Positions 29,372 through 40,894 of a DNA stretch of 50,704 nucleotides are shown piece by piece. The stretch is from the NCBI GenBank assembly GCA_964007735.1, contig CAXGAI010000033.1, positions 1 to 50,704 of the forward strand, given 5' to 3'. The stretch comes from an uncultured Rhodopirellula sp. (lineage in GTDB: Bacteria > Planctomycetota > Planctomycetia > Pirellulales > Pirellulaceae). Positions within the stretch are counted from its first letter, which is position 1; the number at the start of each line of letters is the position of its first letter. Both the position numbers and the translations under genes were made by a program. A model generated the notes under the pieces. It made no database searches. It saw nothing but the letters and a program-made list of their open reading frames with translations, and was not told the origin of the DNA.

Positions 29372-32300
29372 TTAACGCCTAAAAATTTTCTCGAATCGAT
29401 GACGATTCTCGAGGCGATAGCGGCGGCAAACAGTCACGAGAGATTGTGGGCTTTCGTAACCAAGTAAGGATGCGAGTTTTTCAAGTTCCAGGGATTGATC
29501 TGGCAAATCATGTCGATGTGTCGTGTCCATCAATCGCAATCCTGATTCGACTCGCCGCAAGAACAAATAAGACTTGCTTAGTGCTGCTGTATCATCTTGG
29601 TTTAACAACCCGTGTTCCTGCATCTTCTGAAGTGCCATCAAGGTTCCGGGCTGTTGAATATCCTCCACGTCTCCATTGAGGAGTTGTAACATCTGAACGA
29701 TGTATTCGATGTCCATCGTGCCACCTTGAAATCGTTTAAGATTTCGGTCTGTTGCCCCTTCTTCAGACTCTAATCGTGCCTGATAAATCTCCGCTTTTAG
29801 CTGAGGGTTCTGGTTGCCGGCAGCGATCGTTTTAACAATCAGAGCTTGAATACGGGATTTTGCGGTGTCGGTACCAAACATGACCCGGGCCTTACAGAGG
29901 CCCATATGTTGCCATAACGGAATTTGCCCCTTGTTCATATAAGTTTCATAATCATCTAGGGAAATCGCAAGAGGAGCGTACTGATGCGTCGCACGAAGCT
30001 TGCTATCCATGTCAAACAATCGGCCATGCGGGCGAGTTCTGGTTGCAGTTTGTAAAATTCTCTTAGCCAATTCGTTGAAGAAATGATGATTCGATGTCGG
30101 CCGGATTTTGTGATTACGTCGGACTGGCTGAGTATTCCCTTCGCCTTCATAAAGAAAAATCACATCGACATCGCTATGGAAGTTCGGTTCTTGTCCACCA
30201 AGTTTCCCAAGGCCCACCAGAATAGGCGTCGCCTTTTTCCCATGAAGCGGACCACCTTCAATAATGGGTTGTCCGTGCTTCTCTACCAACTGTCGGTAAT
30301 GTTCGTTTGTAATTTCTTGTAGGCAGATTTCAATAATATCTGAAAGAGCCTTATGGGAATCAGCGAGTGGGTCTTTACCTAGAATTTCGCGAACACCAAC
30401 ACGAAGATGCTGAGCATGCTTGAAGGCTAGAATAACATCGATTAATTCCTGGCCCTCAATCTGAGCCCCTTTCACGAGCGCACTCATTACTTTTTGCAGA
30501 GATTGTTTGGTTGGCAACTGGTTGAGAACGAGGCAGTCCAATAGTTCGTCAATCATCCCTGGATAACTTGTGAGAATGGTGATTAGGTAGGGGCTGTTCG
30601 AGCAGAGCTTCACCGATAGATTTAGTGTCGCTGGGTTTACCTGAAACAATTCCCATAAAACACCTTTCCCGCCGAGTGAATCACTGACCGTGCTGAGGTT
30701 AGCCAACGTCATATCTGGATCCGGAGTTTGTGCGATGGATTCCAGTAATCGTGGAGCGATCACGGCCAGAAAATGGCGACAACGTCTGGTGGAGAGAAAT
30801 GGAATCCTTTCGGTTGCAAGGTCCATGAGGTATTGATAGCAGGAGTGAACATCCTTGAAGTTATGCTTTCCCAGCACCTCCCTCAGCATTTCTTCACTGG
30901 GATCTGGACTGAGAATGAGGTCAACTTCTGGCTCGGCTTCCTGTTCATCATCAAATGAGGATTCAAGCAAACGATCAATTATTTGCTGACTGACATTCAG
31001 CAAATGTGTCACATCATTTTGTAGTGTTTCCATGGCCTCGGCACCGTTATAACCAAGACTTTGGGCAAGAGCCGCTAGTTGTGTTTGATCCGGTGGAATA
31101 GCGGTGCATGAGACATCATTGAGAGTTTGCAGTCGATGGTGAATCCTCTTTAGCGAAAGATACGAATCTCGAAGTACGTTGGATTCTTCTTGTGATAACA
31201 GGCCAGCTTTTTGGAGTTGATAGATTGCGGGCAGTGTACCGCGAACACGAATGTCGCTGAAATTCCCTCCATTGATCAGTTGTAGGAAAGGAACCACAAA
31301 GTTGATTTCGCGGATCCCTCCCGGAGCATTGACAACGTCTCGTTGGTCGCATTCTTCCCAACGGTGTAGGCGCCTCTTTTGAGCTTTGATACCCGTAATA
31401 TCCGCTCGATTGAGATAGCGCCGATAAATCCATTTCTCCATATGTTGGAGGAAACGATGGCCGAGCTGTAAGTCCCCAGCAATCGTCCTGGCGTTTATCA
31501 ATTCCTGACGTTGCCAGGTTCTTCCCGAAAAATCAAGAAAACGAATCGCATCATTAATGTGAGTGACCGTTACGGAACTCTGGGCGGACAACTGGAAGCT
31601 AAGATCGATATCTAACAGCTTAATGCCGCTAGCTAAGGTCAAAAAACTGACAGCATCATTAAGGAGTGAGTGGTAAAACTGCTCATTAAGTTCTTTTTTG
31701 TCTGACGATTGGAAGATAAGAAACACATTCAGTGTTGTTCCGTAGCTGAGTTGGTTACCAGCAAGGTCGCCTAGAGCGATGAGTGAAAAATTTAACCCTG
31801 CGGCGTCTTTGGCATCCAGTGGATGTTTCTTAATAGCTTTGAGCGACGCCAATTCAACAACGCTGTGTAACAAAGCTTCGCAAAGAATCGAGGCTTGATT
31901 CGCAACAACATCGGGGGCCTGGTTCATCACCAGGTCTCCATAAGCAATCCTTAATAGTTCACGGTTACGAATACGTTCGAGCTGTTCCGAAATGTCCGGA
32001 TCGCCGGTGAGGTTGAGAACTTCGGAGCGTATTTCATCGATCAGGATTTTGCGATCCACGGGCTGCCCGTCCGTCATACGCAAAAGATCATAGCCTTCAG
32101 GGTCCTGCATGAGCAATTCAGCAATTTGTATACTTGCTGAGAACATTACAAGTAAGGTTGGCAAAGCAGCATGATCGCGTTCCCACAGAGAGCCTAGCGC
32201 GATAGGACTACGTGATAGAGTGGCGAACTTGGCGAGATAGCTTAAAGCCTGATCTGGCTTCGCTGTTTGAGGTAATGCGTGTTCGAGTTGAGTCGCGGTG

Positions 32301-32449
32301 ATAGCGACAAGATCGAGCGTCATTCCGGATTCGGCGATGGCAGTTAGCGCGTCATGGGCTTGCCGCATATCTTTGATGGAGAGTGATTGAAACCACTCGC
32401 GTGCGACGGCCGGAGAGTCCAGAATGGTGATGAGTTGCTCGGTGTCCAT
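29372..32449 (-). CDS. glnE: Glutamine synthetase adenylyltransferase GlnE
   Basis: Two-fold internal repeat; C-terminal LGKLGGQEPNFHSDVDVIFLY, DSKLR, NLKRFQGGTMDIEY, YLFLRRVE. Confidence 0.9.
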   Translation of the reverse strand: MDTEQLITILDSPAVAREWFQSLSIKDMRQAHDALTAIAESGMTLDLVAITATQLEHALPQTAKPDQALSYLAKFATLSRSPIALGSLWERDHAALPTLLVMFSASIQIAELLMQDPEGYDLLRMTDGQPVDRKILIDEIRSEVLNLTGDPDISEQLERIRNRELLRIAYGDLVMNQAPDVVANQASILCEALLHSVVELASLKAIKKHPLDAKDAAGLNFSLIALGDLAGNQLSYGTTLNVFLIFQSSDKKELNEQFYHSLLNDAVSFLTLASGIKLLDIDLSFQLSAQSSVTVTHINDAIRFLDFSGRTWQRQELINARTIAGDLQLGHRFLQHMEKWIYRRYLNRADITGIKAQKRRLHRWEECDQRDVVNAPGGIREINFVVPFLQLINGGNFSDIRVRGTLPAIYQLQKAGLLSQEESNVLRDSYLSLKRIHHRLQTLNDVSCTAIPPDQTQLAALAQSLGYNGAEAMETLQNDVTHLLNVSQQIIDRLLESSFDDEQEAEPEVDLILSPDPSEEMLREVLGKHNFKDVHSCYQYLMDLATERIPFLSTRRCRHFLAVIAPRLLESIAQTPDPDMTLANLSTVSDSLGGKGVLWELFQVNPATLNLSVKLCSNSPYLITILTSYPGMIDELLDCLVLNQLPTKQSLQKVMSALVKGAQIEGQELIDVILAFKHAQHLRVGVREILGKDPLADSHKALSDIIEICLQEITNEHYRQLVEKHGQPIIEGGPLHGKKATPILVGLGKLGGQEPNFHSDVDVIFLYEGEGNTQPVRRNHKIRPTSNHHFFNELAKRILQTATRTRPHGRLFDMDSKLRATHQYAPLAISLDDYETYMNKGQIPLWQHMGLCKARVMFGTDTAKSRIQALIVKTIAAGNQNPQLKAEIYQARLESEEGATDRNLKRFQGGTMDIEYIVQMLQLLNGDVEDIQQPGTLMALQKMQEHGLLNQDDTAALSKSYLFLRRVESGLRLMDTTHRHDLPDQSLELEKLASLLGYESPQSLVTVCRRYRLENRHRFEKIFRR

Positions 32450-32485
32450 ATACCTAGTCTATCACGCTCAGGGTTCCATCGACAA

Positions 32486-33187
<702 letters not shown>

Positions 33188-33192
33188 TCAGC

Positions 33193-34041
33193 TTAGATTT
33201 CCAGATATTCTTCGAGTGCTTCTCGCATGACTTCAGGTCGCGGGTCAACATCCGTCCAAATTTTAAATCCGATCACCGCCTGATTAACGAGCATCCCCAG
33301 TCCATCGAGGACACGGCACTCACGTTGCTGGGCATCACGTAATAGTCGAGTCATTGGAGGGTTGAATACGACATCGGCAACAACCATATCGCGAGAAAGC
33401 GTTTCTAAGTCGAGTGGAACGCGAGCTTCAGCATCGCCCAGACCAATACAAGTGGCGTTAATAACAACGGTTACGTCGTCATCCACTTCATAGTCGCCAT
33501 CCAGAACATCTAAAGTTGCTGTTACGCCGTCGATATTGTTTAGTACGTTGACAAGTTCCTGTCCTCGAGATTCCGTTCGATTTACAATTGTAATGTCAGT
33601 CACACCGTTTAGTCCCAACTCTACAGAGATTGCACGGGCGGCTCCACCAGCACCGATGATCACAACTTTTTGGCCTGACGGTTCAACCAATGTTTTTAAC
33701 GACTGAACAAATCCCTTGCCATCCGTGTTTTCTCCGATCAGCTTGCCATCGACGACATTCACGCAGTTTACGGCTCCCATTCGCTCGGCCGCTTCACTGA
33801 GTCCATCGAGATACTGGATGACTTCCACCTTGTGTGGAATGGTGAAGTTGCCACCACGAAGTCCCATGGCACGGAAACCCGCCATGGCGTCTTTTAAGTT
33901 TTCTGCAGGAACTTCCAGTGTGAGATAACGCCAATCTAATTCACAATCTGCGAAAGCTCGTTCCATCATGAACTGTGTTGGGTTTCCCGCGACTGGTTGC
34001 CCCATACATGATACAAGTTCCTGAATCGGTTTATCTGCCAC
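33193..34041 (-). CDS. aroE: Shikimate dehydrogenase
   Basis: NFTIPHK, GAVN, NTDG, GAGGAARA, NRT, GLGMLVNQA. Confidence 0.93.
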   Translation of the reverse strand: MADKPIQELVSCMGQPVAGNPTQFMMERAFADCELDWRYLTLEVPAENLKDAMAGFRAMGLRGGNFTIPHKVEVIQYLDGLSEAAERMGAVNCVNVVDGKLIGENTDGKGFVQSLKTLVEPSGQKVVIIGAGGAARAISVELGLNGVTDITIVNRTESRGQELVNVLNNIDGVTATLDVLDGDYEVDDDVTVVINATCIGLGDAEARVPLDLETLSRDMVVADVVFNPPMTRLLRDAQQRECRVLDGLGMLVNQAVIGFKIWTDVDPRPEVMREALEEYLEI

Positions 34042-34121
34042 GGTGAGTGTCCTTGCCTGGGAGAGTTTATAATATCGATACTCTTATATTTAGTTTTATT
34101 AGGGTCTTTGCAATTCTGCAA

Positions 34122-34940
34122 TTACTCTGGCAAAAAGATCTTATTTGCCGGTGTCGTTTCTATCCGTGTTCCATTACGTCGTGCTTTGATTCGTACATAA
34201 GGCGCCGTGTAGCAACAGCGATCTCCAAAACTGTCCCAAGGCATGTTTGGATCTGCGTGAAATGGCTCGACGAGATCTTCAATGACAAATCCGTTACGGC
34301 AAATTCCACCGATAATTTCTTCCCACCGATGTAGGAACTCCATCGTGCCGTCCTCCCGTAGACGGGTTCCCTGCACAGGAGGTAGTGGCCCTGTTCGGTA
34401 ATAGGGCTCGATTAGTTCATACCCATTTTGAGAACGTTTCATCCCGGTTTGTAGGCTGGTTGGTTGCTTGTGTTGACTGATGTAAAGACCACCGGGAATG
34501 GTGACACGCGCAATTTCTGAAAAGACTTTGCCGATCGATGGTAAATAGCAGGTGCTTACCGGATGAACGACGATGTCGAATTCTTGATTGGTGAACATCG
34601 ACAGGTCATCCATTGAAGTTTCAACGACCTGAAGATCGAACCCTCTTTCTGCGGCCACTTCCCGATCTAGCTCGAGCATGGCAGGTGAGATATCGACCAC
34701 AGTTACTTTTGCTCCAGTGGCAGCATAGATCGCACTTTGACGTCCTCCACCAGCAGCAAGACAAAGGACTTTCTTGCCGGCAATATCTCCACCTAGCCAG
34801 CCAATGGCATCCACCGTGTGAAGCGGTTGATTGAGATCATCATCTTTGGCGGGTTGTGTAAAACGTTTCTTGCCGGCGACCATGCGGTTCCAGGCATCTC
34901 GGTTGTGTTGTTTCGCGATGGATTGTTGACTGTCATTCAT
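34122..34940 (-). CDS. Class I SAM-dependent methyltransferase
   Basis: VLCLAAGGGRQ, VVDIS, FDIVVHPVS. ATG 34940 overlaps the upstream gene stop. Confidence 0.88.
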   Translation of the reverse strand: MNDSQQSIAKQHNRDAWNRMVAGKKRFTQPAKDDDLNQPLHTVDAIGWLGGDIAGKKVLCLAAGGGRQSAIYAATGAKVTVVDISPAMLELDREVAAERGFDLQVVETSMDDLSMFTNQEFDIVVHPVSTCYLPSIGKVFSEIARVTIPGGLYISQHKQPTSLQTGMKRSQNGYELIEPYYRTGPLPPVQGTRLREDGTMEFLHRWEEIIGGICRNGFVIEDLVEPFHADPNMPWDSFGDRCCYTAPYVRIKARRNGTRIETTPANKIFLPE

Positions 34941-35952
34941 GGGTTTTGTTATTTCCGTCTGCTTTAACATTTTGGCCTTGGTCGTTAGTTTGAAAGCGAG
35001 CGAGCCAATCAATGCCAGCTTCCGCTATGCCTTCATGGCCGCCTTCAAAAACCGTAACTCGACTTTGAGCTGCATACCGGCGGAGGTAAATTTTGCGGCC
35101 TAACACTTCATCAGCAATTTTGTCAGATTCCAATGGAGTGGTAAGACGACCAGTCGGTGTACTGAGCAACTTCATCTCTTGAGTTGAAACAAGTCGCTGC
35201 CTGGCGGCTTTCGCGATGACATTGAATGCTTCGAGTGAGTGTGAAACGGGAACCGATCCAGTATGCCCATCATGAATTCCGGTAGCGATATCGAGCGGTA
35301 CTCGTGTTGAATTTGCCAGATAGTGAATCGGAGAACGCTCTTTGTACTGTTTATCAACGGCATTGTTTGCTCCTGGCGGACCGCCACAACTTGCCCGCAT
35401 CATCATCCCGTATCTGGTCTTCACATGCTGGCGATGCCATTTACTCAGGTCACTAATTCCCACCCAGGCACTTGCAGCAGTCCAGTATTGAGGGTGGAGA
35501 CTCACCATCAGCATGGTCATGTGACCACCACCGGAAACTCCCGCCAGATAAATTCGTTGGTTATCAGTGCGAAAAGTTGATTTTGCATAAGCCAACGCAT
35601 CGAGAATGTCCTGCTGAGCAATTTTACTTCCACAGGCTTGTGGACGGTTGTTTGGCCCCCGAAAGTGAGGGAATACGTAAATCCATCCTTGTTTGTATGC
35701 TTCGGCTTCCCAATCAGTGTTGTTTTGCTCCACGGAGCTGCTCCAGGTATGAAGGGCCATAAGAACAGGGTAGCGCTGTGATTTATCCTTGTCATAATCC
35801 CTGGGAAGGATGAAATAGCAAGGTTGGTTAGACTGATCCACCGAGCTGGTAATTATTATTTTTTGCTTAGTTTGAGCATTTGTGGGCAAAGCAAACCAAA
35901 CGAATATAAGACAAAACAGAATGTTTTTGGATATTTGCGGCATGGAAGGCAT
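34933..35952 (-). CDS. Secreted alpha/beta hydrolase (prolyl oligopeptidase/esterase-like)
   Basis: Signal peptide, LHTWS, nucleophile GVSGGG, FEGGH. Confidence 0.85.
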   Translation of the reverse strand: MPSMPQISKNILFCLIFVWFALPTNAQTKQKIIITSSVDQSNQPCYFILPRDYDKDKSQRYPVLMALHTWSSSVEQNNTDWEAEAYKQGWIYVFPHFRGPNNRPQACGSKIAQQDILDALAYAKSTFRTDNQRIYLAGVSGGGHMTMLMVSLHPQYWTAASAWVGISDLSKWHRQHVKTRYGMMMRASCGGPPGANNAVDKQYKERSPIHYLANSTRVPLDIATGIHDGHTGSVPVSHSLEAFNVIAKAARQRLVSTQEMKLLSTPTGRLTTPLESDKIADEVLGRKIYLRRYAAQSRVTVFEGGHEGIAEAGIDWLARFQTNDQGQNVKADGNNKTHE

Positions 35953-35994
35953 CTTTTCAGCGGGTTCAAAAGTGAAAATTAGGAAATCGCAAGT

Positions 35995-36024
35995 TTGACG
36001 GGTGGTATTTGGACTATCTAAAAT
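35995..36024 (+). promoter_or_regulatory. Possible sigma-70 promoter for the PPC-DUF1549-WD40 operon
   Basis: TTGACG-N18-TAAAAT upstream of ATG 36089. Confidence 0.4.
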
Positions 36025-36088
36025 AAAGATTCATTAAAGCCCGCCTTATATGCATCCTACCCTTTTTAAAAGTTTACCTGACGCCGTT

Positions 36089-38386
36089 ATGAAAGAATTC
36101 CGACGACTGCTTCCCGTCTTTTTTGGGCTATTACTTTTAGTGGCTACTACGGTCAAAGCCGCTCCCAATATTTCATCCGTTACTCCCCTTGGTTTACAGC
36201 CTGGTGCGACTACGGAAGTTAGTTTGAGTGGAACCGAGCTCACTTCCCCACTCAAGATCTGGACAAGCTTCCCTGCCGAAGTGGAGTTGCTCCCGACTGC
36301 CGAAGGCGCAGATGATGCGACCACTGCTAAGTTGCGACTCAAGCTAACGGACAATGTGGGTGTAGGAGTTGGTGCGATTTCAGTCGCTGGCGCTACCGGT
36401 GTTAGTCAGCTTTATCTTGTGGTCATCGAGGATGCACCTGTGATCGCAGAACCCTCTCCAAATAATACTTTATCTAATGCTGCGTTGATGACCTTACCTG
36501 CCGCGGTGCAGGCTTCCTCGAGTGGAACCGTAGCGGATTATTTTAGATTCGAAGCCAAGGCAGGGCAGGTTATCTCTGTGGACGTACTTGCCGCTCGAAT
36601 TAATTCTGTGATGGATCCCGTTGTTCGTTTGATAGCGGCAAATGGAGCAGAGCTGGCTTATGCAGATGATAGTGATGGTTTGGGAGCGGATGCTCGTGTG
36701 CAGGCTAAGATTCCTTCTGATGGTCAGTATGTTGTTGAGGTTTTGGACAGCAAGTATGCCGGCAACCTTCCTTATTACTTACGAATTGGAGAGTTTCCAC
36801 TTGCAACGACAACTCTGCCCGCTTCAGTGCAGGTAGGTGAGGACCGCGATGTCAGCTTTAGTGGAGCAGGAGCTAGCGGGCTAACAGCTAAGATTGCTAT
36901 GGGAACTACGCTGGCCGGGGACGATATCCGAGCCGGAGCTAAAATCGCCAATGGCACGATTTCAGGTTTTGCACGTGCTCGAGCTAGCAGCGGTGTTCAG
37001 GCGGTCGAAACGGAACCGAATGATGAAATTGCTCAGGCAACTACGGCGACATTCCCTGGTGGTGCCAGTGGAGTTTTCCAGCAACCGGGAGATAAAGACT
37101 ATTTCAAGTTCAATGCGATGAAGGGGCAAAGACTTCGCTTTTCAGGGCATTCACTTAAGCTGGGCTCTCCGGCAGTTGTGAATTTCCGTGTGCTCAAAAC
37201 CGATGGGACTCAGCTCGCTGCCGCGCCGATTAATCCGGAAAATGAATTACTCGTAGCTTGGAGTGTTCCGGAAGATGGTGAGTACATTTTGGAAGCCAGT
37301 GAATTGCTTCAGCGAGGCGGCGACGAATATGCCTATGTTGTCGAATCAGCGATTGGCAATTCATTTACGCTGACGTTAAAGAATGACAAAGCAACCCGAA
37401 ATCGCTTTGTTGTAGACGAAGGGAAAGGTGGCTTTCAGGTTCCAATCACTGTCGCTCGTGATGGATATGCAGGTCCGATCACGATTAAATCGAAGACCGA
37501 GATTCCGGGGGTTACCTGGCATAATAATGTTATTGCTAAGGATGGAAAAGAGATTACCGTCCTGCTGGAGTTTTCACCGGAGACGAAAGCAGGTGATTTT
37601 GTAAATTTGGAGATTGTTGGTGAAGCTGAGATCGACGGTCAGATGACTCAGGTATCTTTGACGTCCAGAGACTGGACGCGAACGCAGTTTGGAGCTGTCA
37701 CCTATCCTTACTCATTCCTGCAGGGTGTTGTGCAGTACGCGACAGTGTCAGCGATTGAAGAGTTTTTCGAGCCTAAGTTTGAGCCGGAAGCGGTTTATGT
37801 TGCCCGCGGTGAAACCACGGCGACGATCCAAATGTCAACGGCCAGCAAACATAAGGACTTTAAAGGTGCATTGTCCCGCATGTTTGAAGATGTACCTGAA
37901 GGAATTACCGTGGCGGATAAAGCCGACAAGGGCGTTCACACGATTACCGTAACGGTTCCCGCTGATCTTGCCGATGAAAAAGCTTTTTCAGTAAAAGCCT
38001 ATGCTGAACATGCAGGTCACTTACAGTTCGTAAAACGCAGTGTCCCGATTAAAGTGGTTGATCCACTATCAGTCTCGATTAAACTTGAGACTGCCATCGC
38101 TCCCGGAGCTAGTCAAAAAGCATTGGTAACCATTGTTCGCGCTCCTGGTTCAGCCGCTGAAATTGTTACATTGACGCTAGCCGGCTTGCCGGACAAAGTC
38201 ACGGTACCAGCTGAATTGACTATCGCGGCAGATCAAACTGAACTCGAAGTAGAATTTACTGCAGCCACGGATGCTGCGGTTGCAAAAACAGATGGAATTA
38301 CCATCTCAGCTAAATCAAAATACGCCGGCAAAGATGTATCAGCGGTAAGTGCTGCTATTGCTGTCGAAGTAAAAGTGGCGGAATAA
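36089..38386 (+). CDS. Secreted PPC (pre-peptidase C-terminal) repeat / Ig-like protein
   Basis: Signal peptide, PLGLQPGATTEV, repeated EPNN/ETEPND...DYFRF/DYFKF, YADD..GLGADAR. Confidence 0.85.
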   Translation: MKEFRRLLPVFFGLLLLVATTVKAAPNISSVTPLGLQPGATTEVSLSGTELTSPLKIWTSFPAEVELLPTAEGADDATTAKLRLKLTDNVGVGVGAISVAGATGVSQLYLVVIEDAPVIAEPSPNNTLSNAALMTLPAAVQASSSGTVADYFRFEAKAGQVISVDVLAARINSVMDPVVRLIAANGAELAYADDSDGLGADARVQAKIPSDGQYVVEVLDSKYAGNLPYYLRIGEFPLATTTLPASVQVGEDRDVSFSGAGASGLTAKIAMGTTLAGDDIRAGAKIANGTISGFARARASSGVQAVETEPNDEIAQATTATFPGGASGVFQQPGDKDYFKFNAMKGQRLRFSGHSLKLGSPAVVNFRVLKTDGTQLAAAPINPENELLVAWSVPEDGEYILEASELLQRGGDEYAYVVESAIGNSFTLTLKNDKATRNRFVVDEGKGGFQVPITVARDGYAGPITIKSKTEIPGVTWHNNVIAKDGKEITVLLEFSPETKAGDFVNLEIVGEAEIDGQMTQVSLTSRDWTRTQFGAVTYPYSFLQGVVQYATVSAIEEFFEPKFEPEAVYVARGETTATIQMSTASKHKDFKGALSRMFEDVPEGITVADKADKGVHTITVTVPADLADEKAFSVKAYAEHAGHLQFVKRSVPIKVVDPLSVSIKLETAIAPGASQKALVTIVRAPGSAAEIVTLTLAGLPDKVTVPAELTIAADQTELEVEFTAATDAAVAKTDGITISAKSKYAGKDVSAVSAAIAVEVKVAE

Positions 38387-38406
38387 CCTTTAGAGGAAAA
38401 GTAGAA

Positions 38407-40866
38407 ATGCAATTGGGCAAACTACGAAGAACATTTGTACGGATAATTACTGGAATGTTGATGGTCGGTTTATCCGCTCACAGCTTGCGAGCCGCAGATG
38501 TCGAGATCGATCGCATTGAAGTCTACCCGACGGAAGTGCAACTGACCGGTGTTCGTGAACAGGCACAGTTACTTGTCACGGGCTACTATGCAGATGGATC
38601 GATTCAGGACTTAACTCGAGTTGCGACAATTACGACGGCCAATGCGGACGTGGCGATTGTCAAAGGTTCCGTTGTTTATCCTAAAGCGGATGGGGAAGGT
38701 TCGCTAAATATCGAGTATGAGGGGAAGACAGCACCAGTGAAAGTTGTGGTTGCTAATCAGCAGCAACCACAGCCCGTTTCGTTCCTTTACGACACACTTG
38801 CAGCCCTGAGTAAAAATTCCTGTAACGCCGGAGCCTGTCATGGTTCCCCAAGTGGCAAAGGAGGCTTCCGTTTGTCGCTGCGAGCCTTTGATCCAAAGCT
38901 GGACGAGTTGACATTAATTCGGGAAGATTTTGGCCGGCGGACTAACAGTCTTGATCCTGATAACAGCCTGTTGCTGTTGAAGCCACTTATGAAGGTAGCC
39001 CACGGTGGTGGTCGCCAGATTCGTGCTGATGATCCCGCCTATGCGGTGATTCATGATTGGATTGAGGAAGGTTGTAAGATGGATGCAGCCGATGCAGCCC
39101 GCCCCGTGAAAATTGAAGTCTATCCAAAGTCAGGGCGTGTTTTGAAAAAGCCTGCTGTTCAGCAACAATTGAGTGTCTGGGCTCACTATTCAGATGGAAG
39201 AGTCCGAGACGTAACGCCATTGGCTGTCTACTCCAGCTCAGACGTTGAAGTTGCGGACGTCGACCGTAATGGATATGTGCAAGGGCTAAAGCGTGGTGAA
39301 GTGGCGGTAGTGGTTCGCTATTTGGAGTTTATTGAATCCAGCTTCATTACGTTTGTTGAGGAGGTAGAAAATTTCGTTTGGAACGATCCTCAGGTAAACA
39401 ACTATGTTGATGTTGCTGTTGATCAAAAGCTCAAGCAGCTTAAGTATTTACCCTCTGATTTATGCACTGATGAAGAGTTTATTCGTCGGGTTTATTTGGA
39501 CGTTATTGGGATCCTGCCTTCTTTGGAGGAAGTGACGGCCTTTGCAGAAGATGTAGATCCTGCAAAACGAGCCAAGGTCGTTGATAGACTACTTGAGCGT
39601 CCCGAATATTCAAAATTCTGGGCGTTAAAATGGGGTGATTTGCTCCGCTTAACGAGTGGTCAGGTAACGAACGAAGGTGTCTATAAGTATTATCGCTGGG
39701 TAGAGCGGTCTTTTCGCGAGAACCAACCATATGATGAGTTCGCTACAGAACTACTTACGGCGACGGGTAGTACTTTTAGCAATCCGGCGGCCAATTTCTA
39801 CCGAACATCTAAGGACATGAACGATTGTGTTGAAACTATTTCACAGGTTTTTCTGGGAGCTCGACTGCAGTGCGCCAAATGTCACAATCACCCGTTTGAG
39901 CGTTGGACCCAGGATAACTACTATGGTATGGCAGCCTTTTTCAATCGAGTTCAGCGGACTAACACGAAGCGCGCCAACGAGATGTTCATTTATGTTTCAC
40001 AGAGTGGTGAAGTGACGCAGCCTCGTACGCAACAACAAATGAAACCGTGGGTCCCCGGTCAGGGAGATATAGAGAATCCCAATGAATTCGACCGTCGTCT
40101 CGACTTTGCCAGTTGGTTAACCAAGCCAGGCAACCCCTTCTTCGCAAAGATTGAAGTTAATCGAATCTGGAGTCATGTGTTTGGAAGAGGAATCGTAGAG
40201 CCTGCAGATGACTTCCGTGATACGAATCCTCCGAGCAACGCTGTGCTGCTTGAACAACTTGCCAAAGATTTTGTGGAGAATGGTTATGATCGAAAAGCGA
40301 TATTAGCGACCATCCTCAAGAGCCGTACTTATCAAACCAGCTATCAGCCAAATGACTTTAATGAAGATGACACAAAATACTTTTCGCATTACCAACCACG
40401 TCTATTGTCAGCAGAGCAGTTATTGGATGCTATTTGTCACGTAACACAGGTCGCGGAAACATTTGGCGGGTTGCCTGCCGGAACGAAGGCGACTCATCTG
40501 CCAGCTCCTGACCTCGTGAACAATGAATTTCTGAAGATTTTTGGTCAACCTGAGCGTCAGACAGTTTGTGCTTGCGAACGAACAAATGAATCTAACCTAA
40601 GTATGGCGATTCAGTTCTTTAATGGGCCTCTGATCTACAACAAGCTCAAAAGCGAAACTAACTCTTTCCGTAAATCTATGACCGATGGTAAAGATAATGA
40701 TCAGATTATCACACTGTTATATAATTTGGCAGTTTGTCGAAACCCAAGCGAAACTGAATTGAAGGCAAGCTTAGATCACATCGCCTCCAAGGAAGATCGA
40801 GTGGAGGCCTTGGAAGATATTTGCTGGGCAATTCTCAACACCAACGAATTCCTCTTTCAGCACTAA
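38407..40866 (+). CDS. DUF1549/DUF1553 protein with Ig-like (Big-2) domains
   Basis: CNAGACHG, KGGFRLSL, FIRRVYLDVIG, CAKCHNHPFERW, NPFFAK..VNRIW, WAILNTNEFLFQH. Confidence 0.9.
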   Translation: MQLGKLRRTFVRIITGMLMVGLSAHSLRAADVEIDRIEVYPTEVQLTGVREQAQLLVTGYYADGSIQDLTRVATITTANADVAIVKGSVVYPKADGEGSLNIEYEGKTAPVKVVVANQQQPQPVSFLYDTLAALSKNSCNAGACHGSPSGKGGFRLSLRAFDPKLDELTLIREDFGRRTNSLDPDNSLLLLKPLMKVAHGGGRQIRADDPAYAVIHDWIEEGCKMDAADAARPVKIEVYPKSGRVLKKPAVQQQLSVWAHYSDGRVRDVTPLAVYSSSDVEVADVDRNGYVQGLKRGEVAVVVRYLEFIESSFITFVEEVENFVWNDPQVNNYVDVAVDQKLKQLKYLPSDLCTDEEFIRRVYLDVIGILPSLEEVTAFAEDVDPAKRAKVVDRLLERPEYSKFWALKWGDLLRLTSGQVTNEGVYKYYRWVERSFRENQPYDEFATELLTATGSTFSNPAANFYRTSKDMNDCVETISQVFLGARLQCAKCHNHPFERWTQDNYYGMAAFFNRVQRTNTKRANEMFIYVSQSGEVTQPRTQQQMKPWVPGQGDIENPNEFDRRLDFASWLTKPGNPFFAKIEVNRIWSHVFGRGIVEPADDFRDTNPPSNAVLLEQLAKDFVENGYDRKAILATILKSRTYQTSYQPNDFNEDDTKYFSHYQPRLLSAEQLLDAICHVTQVAETFGGLPAGTKATHLPAPDLVNNEFLKIFGQPERQTVCACERTNESNLSMAIQFFNGPLIYNKLKSETNSFRKSMTDGKDNDQIITLLYNLAVCRNPSETELKASLDHIASKEDRVEALEDICWAILNTNEFLFQH

Positions 40867-40894
40867 GAAAAATATCGAAAGTAGCATCATACTA

